A DNA stretch of 62,594 bases, filler included, from Perkinsus olseni (taxonomy: Eukaryota), in assembly GCA_013115125.1 (NCBI GenBank). It is 3 parts of 3 records of this genome, joined end to end, with 100 filler letters (N's around TTAATTAATTAA, not from the genome) between each part and the next. Parts side by side here need not be neighbours in the genome. Positions count along the whole stretch, not along the records: positions 1 to 20,820 come from JABANN010000568.1; 2 more parts are not named here. One strand, given 5' to 3'. The notes beneath the pieces were generated by a model. That model saw nothing but the letters and a program-made list of their open reading frames with translations. It was not told the DNA's origin and made no database searches. How positions within the stretch are numbered: position 1 is the stretch's first letter; every line of letters starts with the position of its first letter. Shown piece by piece: positions 1-12,637 of this stretch. Position numbers and translations under genes: made by a program.

Positions 1-455
1 TGCTCGGGACATACTCAGGACCAACCAACCGAGTATAGGAGCATCGGTAGTAGGCAATCTGCACCCACAACACGGGTCTTCCCCCACAACTGCCTTGTGC
101 ATGCGTGCAGTGACTTCGCTCCACTCGGCAGCCCTACTAAGGGCAGTTGCTCTGGACCGTTGGTTTCTTATGGGGTTAGTCGTGACCAGTAACCGCTACT
201 GCTACGGTTGGCCCCAGAGCGACAGCGTCAACTGTGTTGTTGAAAATTGCCATTTTTGCATCGCTTCGCTCCGCGTCACGAATTCTCACCGCGCCACAAA
301 ATTATTAGGGTCCCTCATTGTTACGTGAAATAAGCTATGAGCTCGTTATTTCGTAGTGGTTGGTGTTAGACGCCCCCTTGGGGTCGGAGATGGGCTCGGG
401 TGGCTTCCCTCTAGACTTTGATGCTTCTCGTTAGTTCCTTAACGTACTAGTCATC

Positions 456-2571
456 ATGGCCAAGCCCGCGCCGAAGAAGGTCGTCGAGTCTTCCAGTGAC
501 GAGTCCTCATCAGATGAGGAGGTCCAGGCTACCACTAAGCCTATTGTACATAAGAAGCACGCCGCCGCTGCTAAGAAGAAGGCCGAGAAGAAGCCCGTTG
601 TCGAAGACAGCAGCAGCAGCGACTCCGATTCTTCCGTGGACGAGGCTCCGGCACCTAAGGCCAAGAAGGCGGTAGCTAAGAAGGCCCCTGCCCCTAAGAA
701 GGCTGCTAAGAAGGCCGCTGAGTCGTCTTCCAGCTCTGATGAGAGCAGCAGTGACGAGGAGGAGGTTCCCGCTAAGAAGGCCCCGGCCAAGAAGGCCCCC
801 GTCAAGAAGGCCCCTGTTGAGGAGAGCTCGAGCGACGACGATTCTTCGTCCAGCGAGGACGAGAAGCCCGCTCCCAAGAAGGCCAAGAAGGCTGCTGCTG
901 CTCCTGCTGCTTCTAAGAAGGTAGTGGAGAGTGAGGACTCTTCTTCTTCTGATTCTAGCGACTCTGATTCGGACGCTAGTGACATGCCCTCGGCTAAGGC
1001 CGTCGCCAATGCTAAGGCTCGGTTAGCGGGTGCCTCTAAAAAGGCTGCGCAGAGCTCCGATTCCGAGTCTAGCGATGATGATGAGGAAGAGAAGAAGCCT
1101 GCTGTTCAGGCTCCTAAGAAGGCCGCCCCCGCCAAGAAGGCCGAGGAGTCGGATTCCAGCAGTGACTCTAGCAGTGACGAGGAGGAAGAGAAGCCCGCTG
1201 CCAAGAAGGCCAAGGCCTCTCCCAAGAAGGCTGCCCCCAAGAAGGCCGCCGCTGAGGAGTCCAGCTCCAGCGACTCCGACTCTAGCGAGGACGAGGCCCC
1301 CGCTAAGAAGCCCGCTGCCAAGGCCAAGGCTGCCCCCAAGAAGGCCGCCGCTGAGGAGTCCAGCTCCAGCGACTCTGATTCTAGTGAGGACGAGGCTCCT
1401 GCTAAGAAGGCTGCTCCTAAGGCTAAGGCTGCCGCCAAGAAGGCCGAAGAGGAGTCCAGCTCTAGCGACTCTGACTCCGATGAGGAGATGGAGGATGCCA
1501 AGCCCGCTGCCAAGGCTGCTGCCAAGGCCGCCGCTGCTGAGTCCAGCGATAGCGACAGTGACAGTGATGATGAGGAAGAGGAGGCCCCTAAGAAGGTCAA
1601 GGCCGCCGCTGTCGCCGAGGAGGAGGAGGAGGAGAGCGAGGATTCTGGTAAGTTGTGGTATTCCTGCATGAGATATGTCTCAATTGATTTGTGTCTTAGA
1701 TGATGAGATGGAAGATGCTCCCGCTGCCGGCAAGCGTACCGCTTCCGAGGCCACCACCGAGGAGGACGAGGCGCCTGCTCAGAAGAAGACTAAGATGAAC
1801 GACGGTTCCGCTCAGGACTCTGTTGAGAGGTCCAAGTCTGTCTTCGTCGGCAACCTTCCCTTCTCCATGACCAAGGAGTGGCTCGAGCAGATCTTCAGCT
1901 GGTGCGGTGACATTGAGCGTGTGAGTCTCCCTACTGACTGGGAGAGTGGCAAGATCAAGGGCTTCGCTTTCCTTGACTTCGCCGATGAGGACTCCGCCGA
2001 GAAGGCCGTTGGCAAGAACGGTGAGGACTGTGAGGGTCGCGACTTGCGCATCAACTACAGTTTCCCCAAGAACGACCATGGCGGCAAGGGTAAGGGCAAG
2101 GGTGGCAAGGGTAAGGGCAAGGGCCACCATGAGCTCGGCGAGAAGTCCGCTTCGGTGTTTGTTGGTAACCTTCCCTGGTCCATGACCCAGGACTGGCTCT
2201 ATGAGGTCTTCGGTGACTGCGGTAGCATCACTCGGTGCTTCATGCCCACTGACAGGGAGACTGGCAACCCTCGTGGCTTCGCCTACATCGACTTCGACTC
2301 TGAGGACTCTGCTGAGAAGGCTACTAAGCTTAGCGGCACTGACCTCGAGGGCCGACAGATCCGGGTTAACTACAACCAGCCTCGCGAGTCCAGTGGCAAG
2401 GGTGGCAAGGGCAAGGGAAAGGGAGGCAAGGGAAAGGGTGGCAAGGGTAAGGGCAAGGGCAAGGGTAAGGGCAAGGGCTCTGGTATTGCCGCCGCCGCCA
2501 GGGGAACTATCCAGGAGTTCGCCGGCCATAAGACCACCTTCGCCGACGACGATGACTCCGACTCGGATTAA
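456..2571 (+). CDS. Nucleolin/Nsr1/Gar2-like nucleolar RNA-binding protein (2 exons: 456-1647, 1700-2571)
   Basis: The long N-terminus alternates Ser/Asp/Glu tracts with Lys/Ala/Pro tracts. A 52-bp GT-AG intron (1648-1699) joins it in frame to two RRMs (VFVGNLP...KGFAFLDF; VFVGNLP...RGFAYIDF). A GK-rich region precedes the C-terminal 'GTIQEFAGHKTTFADD' motif typical of nucleolin/Nsr1. Confidence 0.92.
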
Positions 2572-3557
2572 ACACGTACAGTTGATAGCTACAGTCAAGA
2601 TGTGTTGATAGTCTTCTCATCAGAGGCTCGTGCTGCTGATCCTGATGTTCTTGTTGTTGAAGCTGTCGTCGTAGAGTAGCGTGCTGTTGGTCTGACAATT
2701 GTCTCATTTACCAAGCGACATCATCACCCGCGGTATGCACTATTGACCGATCACTGGCAGCAGCAGCAGCGGCGATAGCATTATCATCATCATCATCATG
2801 TATGCCTCGCTACGTTTCCTTATCTGTGTACCGGGTCTCCGGACACGGTACGTCTATTCTCCTCTGTTTTCATACTACACTTTATTTTGCGTTCTAGTGT
2901 CACCACCGGAGAGTTCCAAAGCCCCTGGGCCAGGTGACGCCAGTTAACCTGGCGTTCGGACGAGAAAAGTGTTCTTGACAATGGCTTGCGGCGGGAGCTG
3001 TATTGAATGGCAACAGCCCCTTCCTGCCTAGTCACCTGTACGATCGGCTGGTTGCGACGGCGGAACTCGAGGAATGCTGAGGACGTTAAGGGGGAACTGA
3101 ATAGCTGAGTGCTGATAAGCTGACTAACTCGACCCCGTGTACCGAGACGTGCGATGGTTACCACCATGAAATGCTATGGCGTTCATTGCAATCGCATGTA
3201 GGAGCTTTGGTCCTGTCAGGACAGTAGGAGACGAACTGCATTTAAACTCACTGATTAGCTCAACAGACAGCTGACCGCTATGTTGCTATGTGCCGAGGTC
3301 ATCGGCTTCCAGTGACGGGCGCCAAACTGGTAAACACACCAATATATTGAATACAAGTATCTACTCTTTTTGGGATGTGTAGCCCAGTAATCGACAGGCG
3401 ACGGACCAGAGGCAGTATTGCCGAGGCCGCGCTGTGTTGGCCAACAGTCTTACCTCCTCTGCTACTACGAGTGGCGACGTCGCAGATTATTGTAGAGCTC
3501 AAGGGTGTGGCTTCATGTGAGAAACGACTCTTTAAAAACTAATACATGCAGTTGAAC

Positions 3558-5108
3558 TCAGAAGAGAGCGCTCCCGTCTCTGTCAATGCACTTCTGGGCT
3601 TCATCCCTCCATAACTCCGCGACCGATACGCTGTGCCGCGTGGCCAGAGCCAACCCGCGCAGCAGCATCGCCACTCTGTACCTGAAAGCAGCAACTGCTT
3701 CAGCGACGCGAGAGTAGGCCGATTCTGTCTACCCCATCAAACTCTCGCCAGGGAGGGACTCCAGTTGATCTGACTTGTGCAGTTGGATGTGGAATTGGGG
3801 GTCCAGCATGTAGGGCTCTATGCGACCGAAGAGGAGTCTTGCCATGATACTGAGGTACCGCTCATCTTTCCTAGAGCTTCTTATCCCTGCTTCTAGCATA
3901 GCTCTAGCCTCCTCCTCGGGAGCGCCCTCGGCGACAGCCACTACCAACTTGGCGAGCTTCAGTCGTGTGTCGCTGCTCATACGTTTGCACTGACCGTAGT
4001 CGATGAGGCCCACTTTACCCGAAGCCAGATCGACCAATAGATTCCCTGGGTGGGGGTCACCGTTGAAAAGGGAACAGGAGAAGAGCTCGTAGCCATGCAC
4101 GCGGATGGCGGTGTCGATGAAGCGGCTCATGTCCAGACATGGCGGGGACCAAAGCCTCCACGCCCACAGGCCGCCACGGACCACCCAGCCAGGCAGCCAG
4201 GAGGCCCATCCAAGGCCGGAATCGAGGACCTGCCGGTCGCGCTGTTGTTTTCGTAGCCACTCTCTGAAGTCGGGCCCGATGTCCACCCCTCGCTTCTCCC
4301 AGTCCTTTCTGATAACAGTCTCTAGCTTCTCCCCCGGCACTAGTGTCATGCAAAGCACCTTGTCTGTGGTGTACTCAGGAATGACCTCGGGTAGGTTGAC
4401 CAGACCACGCCACTCTTCGGTAGCCTCGAGGACTTCACGACGGACCTCTGTAATGTTACGTGCTTCGTTGTGGTAGTCGAGCTCGGTCAAGAACTGAGTC
4501 TCGAATTCCTCCATGATTTGGGAGAAAGCTGGTAGGGCCCAAGCAGCCAGCGTAGAAAGACAGTGTAGGTCGACTTCGAACTGCCGCTTGGCGTCCGGGT
4601 ACTGTACTTTGAGGACAACTTCGCGACCATCTACTAGGGTCGCAGCATGGGCCTGGCCAATACTAGCCGAGCCGAGCGGGACTGGATCCACCCAGGAGAA
4701 GAGGTCGAGGAGCGGTAGCCCCAGAGAGCCCTCCAGCGTCGGCTTGATAACGCCATCAAAGGGAACAGGCCGAGCGGTGTCTTGCAACTTGGCGAATTCG
4801 AGCCTGTATGCGTCAGGAAGGAGCTCAGGCCGTACGGACAGGACCTGACCCATCTTGATGTAGAGGCCCCCGAGCTCTTCGCAGATCTGCCGGGCACGGG
4901 GAGAGTACCGCTGATGAAGGGCGTCAAGGTCCAGGCCGCGGATAGTGTATAGGAAGTACCGCGCAGCTATCGGGGACACCCTCCGCCAAAACTCGACTTC
5001 TCGCCGGAAGCCGGGGTCGTAGAGGTAGAAGCCCGCCACGCCAGAGCCTAGTGCTGCTGTCGAAACAAAAGATACTCGCTTGAAGGTCCGCCATAAGGAG
5101 GCCCGCAT
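3558..5108 (-). CDS. ABC1/UbiB/ADCK-family atypical protein kinase (exons 5108-3733, 3681-3558)
   Basis: Motifs LGGLYIKMGQ, LGSASIGQAH, VLKVQYP, ELDY, NGDPHPGN and LIDYGQ. A 51-bp intron (3682-3732) extends the frame to YRVAMLLRGLA...ALF*. The N-terminus resembles a mitochondrial transit peptide. Confidence 0.9.
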
Positions 5109-5548
5109 TCAACCAGTGAACTTGAAGGGGAATAATCCGATCGGACGCGTACAGGGCGAGGACGTTCCGTGATTGTGAACAAGCTCGAAAGCCGCCTCCC
5201 TGGATTTTGCAACAGGGAAAAGAGCATCGTGTGTGATGACTTGCCAAGCCGGGTGTTCAATAGATCTCTCCAGAGAGCGCTTCCAGGTTCCGCAGGTTGA
5301 CCCCATTCATTCTGCGCAGCTTGAGATTTTTGGGCGCGCGCGATATTCCATTAGATCGATCAGAACGGCGTAGCGAGTGCTCATTTTTGATACGACCGTG
5401 CCGAGGTCCAACACGCTTGATGCTCGTTAGTTGTTTTTCCCGCCGTTCTTCGCTTGGCTCCCTGAACTGCTCTGGCCGTCTTCAACAGCTTGGAATAACA
5501 AGGACATTAACAACATCACATTCAAGTCGAAAACAAAAGCATATTGAT

Positions 5549-8500
5549 ATGAAGTAGTGGCAGTGCTAATTTTGAGAGTAGCAGTTGGGGTGGTACTAGG
5601 TATACGTTCGAACCCGTAGCAGAGAAGCCATCCTTCCCTAAGGAGGAAGAGAGAGTCCTCGCCTTCTGGGACGAGATAGACGCCTTCCAGACGTCTAATA
5701 AGATGAGCGAAGGCAAGCCGGAGTATGTTTTCTACGACGGCCCACCCTTCGCTACGGGCCTACCTCATTATGGCCATATCCTTGCTGGTAAGAGAAAGGG
5801 AGGGGGCGATTGGCTCTTCCGCGGTGTGGCCTTGTTTTTCTCTAGGGAGGTTGCCTAGGTACTATTAAGGACGTGGTGACACGCTACGCTCATCAAACTG
5901 GCCATCATGTCGAGCGACGATTTGGCTGGGATTGCCACGGCCTTCCGGTGGAGCACGAGATCGACAAGGCCCACAACATCAACTCCAAGGCTGATGTTAT
6001 GAACTGGGGAATCGCAAAGTACTAGTCGCAGTCGTAGGGGCACCGGTAGCGGACTGTTGTTGCTGCTGGTAGCTACAACGAAGCTTGCCGTTCTATCGTT
6101 ACCCGGTATACGAAGGAGTGGAGGGATATTGTCACTCGGTTCGGCCGGTGGATAGACTTCGATAACGATTACAAGACTATGGACAGGAACTTTATGGAGA
6201 GTGTAAGCGGGCACCTCAGGCATGGTCGGGGGTGCAAGAGCGGACGGCTCTTAGGTCTGGTGGGTTTTCAAGCAGCTTTACAACAAGGGTCTAGTCTACA
6301 GGGCCTTCCGGGTCATGCCCTACTCCACCGCCCTCTGCACGCCCTTGTCTAATTTTGAGGTAGTGATGCTGGAGCGGCTGGTTTATGAGGAGTCTTCGTA
6401 TTGGTCTAGGTTGCTCAAGGTTATAAGGACGTCAGCGATCCCTCAATCATAGTAGCCTTCCCGAGGAGGGATAAGGAGAACTCGTAAGGCTGGGGAGGAT
6501 GGCAGTCTCTGGGTAATCGACACTGACAGGTACTTGCTGATCTGGACTACCACACCTTGGACTCTTCCGTCCAACCAGGCCGTCTCCGTTAACCCCACTT
6601 TCAAGTACCTGAGGGTCATCAATAAGAAGAACGGTAATGAGGGGGAGGGGTAGAGGTGTGAAGGAGCAGCGTGTCGCGGGCAGGTGCCGAGTACATTCTG
6701 GCCAAGGACAGGAAAGATTGGATCTACAAGTGTTTGAAGTTGAACGAGAAGAAGGATATCGAGGTCGAGGAAACCCTCCTCGGCACTGACCTCGTCGGCA
6801 TCCCTTACGAGCCGCCGTTCGAGTACGCTTGCCTCAGCGGACGGTAGTGCGTTGGTGGGATCGCCATGACCTTAGTTTCTTCAAGAAGCACGAGCGTCCT
6901 GGAAAGACCTGGACGGTCCTCTCTGCGGACTACGTCACTGCTGATAGCGGTACTGGACTTGTGCATCAGGTGGGGGAAGGGTCATCATGTTTTGGTGGGG
7001 CTCATTTTCTTTATTTACTCAGTCGCCTGGATTCGGTGAGGATGATTACCAGACCTGTGTTAAGAACGGTATCATCTCTAAGGACGGCACGGATATGAAC
7101 CTTCCCGTGGACGAGGCCGGCCGCTTCACTGATGAGGTGACTTTGCCTCAGTCGTCCCTACTTTAGCTCATACTGGTGGCTACAGGTTCCGCCGTACAAG
7201 GGCATGCACGTGAAGGAGGCCGACAAGGACATCAAGGACGATTTGAAGAAGCGCGGCCTCTTACTGTACAACGGAATGGAGGTACTGGTAGCCTGCTAGG
7301 GTTTGCTGTTGCACTTGGGTTGACTTAGATTCACTCCTATCCTCACTGTTGGCGTTCGGATACTCCTCTCATCTACCGTGCCATTGGCTCCTGGTTCATC
7401 AAGGTTGAGGACATCCACGAACAACTACTCGCCAACAACGAGAAGTCCACCTGGGGTAATAAGGGCTGAGGATGAGAGTGTATTAAGTCAGCTGGCGCTG
7501 TGCCATCTCATTCTTGTTGTTGTTGCGGCTCTAGAGTGACTGTGCCTGAACAGTTCCTCGTCACGTGCAAGAGGGTCGCTTCAAGAACTGGTTGGCTGAG
7601 GCTCGTGACTGGGGTGTTTCCAGGAACAGGTATTGTCCAGAGGGCTTAGCGGTGTCGGTGGCGATCCTGCTGGTAGATACTGGGGTACGCCCATCCCTAT
7701 CTGGGTCTCTGATGACTATCAGGAGGTCGTTTGCATCGGCAGTGTTGCTGAGCTGGAGCAGTACGCTGGCCACCCTATCCCGGACATCCACAGGTAGTGT
7801 CTCGGCAGGGACGCTGGAGTAGAGGGACGTGGTGATTCAGGCACTTCATCGATGGCATCAAGATCCCCAGTAAGACCGGTCGTGGTTACCTCCATCGTGT
7901 TGATGAGGTATTTGACTGCTGGTAAGTTGCAGTAGCGGAGGCGCTCTTTGATGAGGTCCTGTTGTAGGTTCGAGTCTGGCTCAATGCCTTACGCCCAAGT
8001 GCATTACCCCTTCGAGAACAAGCAGAAGTTCGAGCAGAATTTCCCGGCTGACTTCGTCGCCGAGGGTCTCGATCAGACTCGAGGTTGGTTCTACACCCTC
8101 ACGGTCATAGCCACCCACCTCTTCAACCAACCCGCCTTCAAGAACCTTATTGTTAACGGACTGGTAGCCTAGCGCTGAGGGGATTGGAAGGTTCGAATGT
8201 GCTGGCTCTTGACAGATCCTCGCTGCTGATGGCAAGAAGATGTCTAAGAGGCTGAAGAACTACCCCGACCCATCTGAGGTCTTCGATCGCTACGGCGCGG
8301 ACGCGGTAAGGCCGATCAAGCTGCGTGGGCCGTCGCCGCACTCTCACCGATGCAGGTCCGAATGTACATGTGCAACTCGCCTGTTGTGCGTGCGGAGCCT
8401 TTGAAGTTCCGAGAAGAGGGTGTCCGAGACACTGTGAAGGAAGTCTTCTTGCCCCTTTACAACGCCTACAGGTTCCTAGTACAGGAGACGTGCCGCTTTG

Positions 8501-10727
8501 AGAAGCAGCAGAACACCAAGTTCGTCCCCGATCGCTCGGTAAGTCACCGGGCCGGCCGTCGCTCGATTCGCAGTGCCTGGCTGTCTCAGTACATTCTCAA
8601 GTCCAGCAATCCTACTGACCACTGGATCTACGCCACCTCCCAGGAGCTGCTCGATTACACTAGGAAGGAGCTGGAGGCCTACAGGCTCTACACCATCGTT
8701 GGGAAGTAGCAGGCAAATTGTTGCGGATGTTGTGGTATGGACCCCTCCCTTAGGTTGGTGTCTTTCCTTGATGATCTTACCAACTGGTACATCCGTATGA
8801 ACCGTGACCGTATGCGCGGTGGTGTTGATAAGGTCAACACTCTGGAGAGTCTGAACACTCTGTTTGATGTAGGAAATGGCGACGGCCTTAGCGGAGCGAA
8901 GCATGATTTTTAGGTCATGCTGAACTTGACGATCGTTCTGGCTCCCATCACGCCCTTCATCACGGAACTCATCTACCAGAACTTGCGGTTGGCTCTACCC
9001 GATGGGGACCCGAGGAAGGAGAGGAGCGTCCATTTCGTAGGCTTAGCGCGGCCAGGCGGACCTCGGGATTTCCCTCCTGCAGGTGATGATGCCCGATCCG
9101 GACGTCGAGGGATTGGACCCTGCCATCGTCACTGCCCTTAATCGTGTACAGACTGTTGTGACTATGGGCCGATTGGTACGTTGTCTTACCGCCTGTCTCG
9201 CTGCTTTATAGCTCGGCTCAGTTGCGTGACCATCGTACGGTCGGTCTGAAGACTCCCCTCCGCCGCATCAGAGTCATCGCGGAGGACCAGTCCTACCTTG
9301 ATGACATCAACCGCCTTGAGAACTACGTCAAGGATGAGCTTAATGTAAGTGTATTAGGACAGTCGTTAGTGGCGGCTTGGGGGCCGTCTCTCTCGTCCCT
9401 CTGCCACGGGGCTGAGAGGATCCCCGTCGTTGGTATCTTCGGTCCGGCCCAGCTGAGTGGTGGGTGGCGTTGTCCTCCTGCATAGTTGATTTTCGATGTT
9501 GTGGTTGCATGTCTGTCTATGACAGGTCATGAACTTGGAGACCTCCTCGGATACCAGTATGCTGGCTACTGAGGTAGCCCCTAACTTCCGGGCCCTTGGT
9601 GGGTTGGTAGGCAAGCAAATGAAAAAGGTTGTGGCTGACGTAGGAGGCTCTGATGGCGTGGGATGATGAGGTTGGAGGCGTTGTTACTGTTAGATAAAGG
9701 CCATGAACCCCGCCCAGATCAAGGAGTTCCAGAACACCAATTCTGTCAAGGTACGCTTTCTGGGCTTTCAGGTTTAATGGCATTAGGTCGGCTCTAGTAT
9801 TGCGTGAGGATGACGGATGCTCGTTCCACTCGCGAGATGTACCAGTTGATTGGTGTCTCTCAGATCCAAGGCTTTGATCTCTCCTCGGACCATATCACTG
9901 TCACTCACTCCATCAAGGATCTCGGCGATCCTAATCTGGAAGCCACCAGTCAGGGAGACGTCACCGTGAGTCCTCCCTCTGCTGCTTATGAGTGGCGGCA
10001 TGGCGCCTCGTTAGGTCATCCTCGACTTCACCAAGGACGAGGATCTCCTCCAGCTTGCCTTGGCCAGAGAGATTACCAACAGGGTGGGCTCGCCTGTGCT
10101 CGGCAATCGTTGTGGGCATCCTCGATGGCGCAGGTTCAGAAGCTCCGTAAGGAGGTCGGCTTGCAGCAAGACGATCCTGTGGAGATGTGGGCCAGCTCGG
10201 ACGTGAAGGAGGTGATAGCGCGACGGACTTGGGAACGCTTTTGCTTGACAGGAGAGTTCAGGTTAACGAAGTCTTGAAGAGGAAGTCGGATTATATCGAC
10301 CGTCTATTGAGGAGGCCTTTGATGAACGCCAAGAACATGCAGGGTCATGAGGTGCGTGGCACTTGCTGCCATGGAGTAGGAGTTGGAGTTGTTATGGTAG
10401 GTGGCCATAGTGTCTGAGAAGTTCGACATCGACAAGGAGAACTCTTTCACGGTGACGATCACCCGTACCGGACCCCACTTCAACAAGGAAGAGTTGGAAA
10501 AGCTCAGCGATGGGAAACAGGAAGTGGAGGAGATGCTCAAGCAATACGTAGGCTTTCGGTCGGACTGGAGGAGGCGATTGCTGTGTCCCTTATAGGTGAT
10601 GTCCCACTCGTCCGCTGAGCTCAACTCCGGCCTCAAGCCCGTCTGCTTGAACGGTGTTGCTTATTCCTTGAAGAACGGCGTCCATTACACTGCCAACGGT
10701 GCGGCCTCCGCTCCTTGGGGTGCGTAA
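5549..10727 (+). CDS. IARS1: Isoleucyl-tRNA synthetase, cytosolic type (~30 short introns)
   Basis: Spliced exons give [20 protein letters not shown] (HIGH), [55 protein letters not shown] and KMSKR (KMSKS). Predicted start is ATGAA|gtag (5549-5553); stop is TAA at 10725-10727. Confidence 0.95.
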
Positions 10728-11125
10728 AATAAATAGCGGAGCGAAGCGCGGACTATCCAGAAGAACAACTATGTACAATTGTCTGCATAGAATAGGTTCA
10801 GTTCCTTACGCCGAGTAGCTGCTGCTGCCCTACTGAGCACTCTGAAATGATCACTGTCAGCCGCTCGTCTCTATCGTCGTGGCTCGTTGATATATGAGTA
10901 TATGTACTTGATACGTTTCTTCGCGAAAAGATGGTATTGCTTCGGTCAATATTTGGGCTGATTTTTAGTGGTCTTTCATAGTTTACTTATTCTATGGCTT
11001 CTCCTTGCAAGGTTGTTGTTCGCACGAAGGTGGTCAAGTTCTTCGGTCAGGCGGTGGTATCTTTCGTGTAATAGGGGGAGGGGTGGTAGTAGCGGGTAAT
11101 TCAGGATTCTCCATGATGACGATCG

Positions 11126-12563
11126 ATGGTTGAATGCCCACGCGAAGAGCAGGAGGAAGCGTTCTATAAGAAATTCAGTTTGGGAATGGTCGTATGGGGG
11201 CTGTCTGTTCTCGTTATTCAGGGTGATGGGACTGAACCTCCACAGGTATACTCTTCTCGACCGGAGTTTGACGATCGTAGTCTTGGACGCAGCGGCTCCG
11301 TCGAACGTCGAGAGCCTGGCTATTGGTGAGCGGCTGTGATACGGGAGTCGACAGTAGGCGTCTTCCTCAGGCATGCAGGGGACGGCGAGTGATGCCTTGG
11401 ACCTTGACCAGCAGAATGTAGGGCTCACAATGGCTAAGTAGGCGGTAGTAGGCGGCGGGGCAAGGCTACATGTGGGCTTTTTAGACTCTTGTCAAAACGC
11501 TTCGCTCCGCTACAAGTGGTCGTATCTTTCAACCTCGTGGATGCCGAGGATGAGCTGATGAATGCAGTACAGGTAGTGTTGAGGTCTGTAGCGTGATCTC
11601 CCGACGGACGTTCATGATTAATTCTTTGTAGCGCGAGATCATTGCTGAAGTCAAATGCCGGGATGCCTGGGAAGGCCTCGCTGAGAGTCGGCCGGCTGCC
11701 AGGGAGAATGTTTCTGAGTGAAAGCGAGGGTGTTGTGTATGTTAATGGAAGGGCCTCGTGGAGGTTGTCGGCTCAGTTGTCTTCTAGGTGATGTTCTCTC
11801 GCACTGGCGACCGGCCCTCGCTTCCCTGCACGACGCCACTGACCAAGGAGGAGGTGCGGCCCGCGCATGGTGCTCTGGGAAGCGCCATGATGTCTCAGGT
11901 CATGCGCCTTCCGCGGCCCTCTCTGGGCCGCCCTCAGCCTTTAGTGCCACAGCGGTCTCTGCTGAAGCGTGCCCTAGCTGTTCTTGAGTAGGCAGGAGAG
12001 ATCACGCGTTGCCTAGAGGGCGTGGCGACCCTTGTGCAATGGGGATCGATGTGTTGGGGTTAGGCCTGAGAGGAGGGATTTACGGCGTCGATTGGAAGAA
12101 GTCTCTCCGGTAGGTGGGGAGCTGCTCCTCCATGACTTGATTCATGCGGACTGTAGCCCACCAAGCCGTCTCCTTGCGCACCTTCCACCTCTTCGACGAC
12201 GCCTGCGGGGACGCCGACAGCCTCTCCAGGCACCGTCAGGCTGCGGATCGGAACTCCTGAGGTGCGAGGATGCTCTGCCCGAACCATGTAGCGGGAGGGA
12301 TGGTCAGGTGGCCCTCCATTCCAGTGCAGCGTCCGCGCTGAAGTCGTCGCTGCGCAAGTCGCCGGAGGTCAAGGTGAGTGCGGACTCCTTTCCAGGATGA
12401 AGGTCTCGGTCAGACCTCGTCGGCCATGGAGTGCCCGTCGTCAGCAGGGATCCTCATGGGAGGGCCGCCTCCGGACGTGGAAGGATGCCCGCGTCCGCTG
12501 GTCACCAGAAGTTGTTCGAGGCTGCGTTCATTAAGCACCCCAGGTGCGCCTTATTTTCGCTAG
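11126..12563 (+). CDS. Multi-exon hypothetical protein (boundaries approximate)
   Basis: A series of short open segments bounded by GT/AG at ~50-bp spacing (e.g. LLSKRFAPLQVVVSFNLVDAEDELMNAVQ|REIIAEVKCRDAWEGLAES). No family recognised. Confidence 0.35.
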
Positions 12564-12637
12564 ATTCATCAATTCAGGCTCAGCGCGAAGCAGCTGGGTC
12601 TGGCCATGAGTACTTTCGCCGTTCTCGGCGGAGGCAT

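Noticed and set aside
431-2598. Long antisense and alternative-frame ORFs over nucleolin (similar ones overlap MDH, AMT1 and the PRMT)
   Set aside because: Shadows of GC3-biased, low-complexity coding sequence with no independent motifs.
9406-9430. GGGGCTGAGAGGATCCCC resembling the start of a TPP riboswitch
   Set aside because: The downstream AACCTGA and AGGGA core elements are absent.
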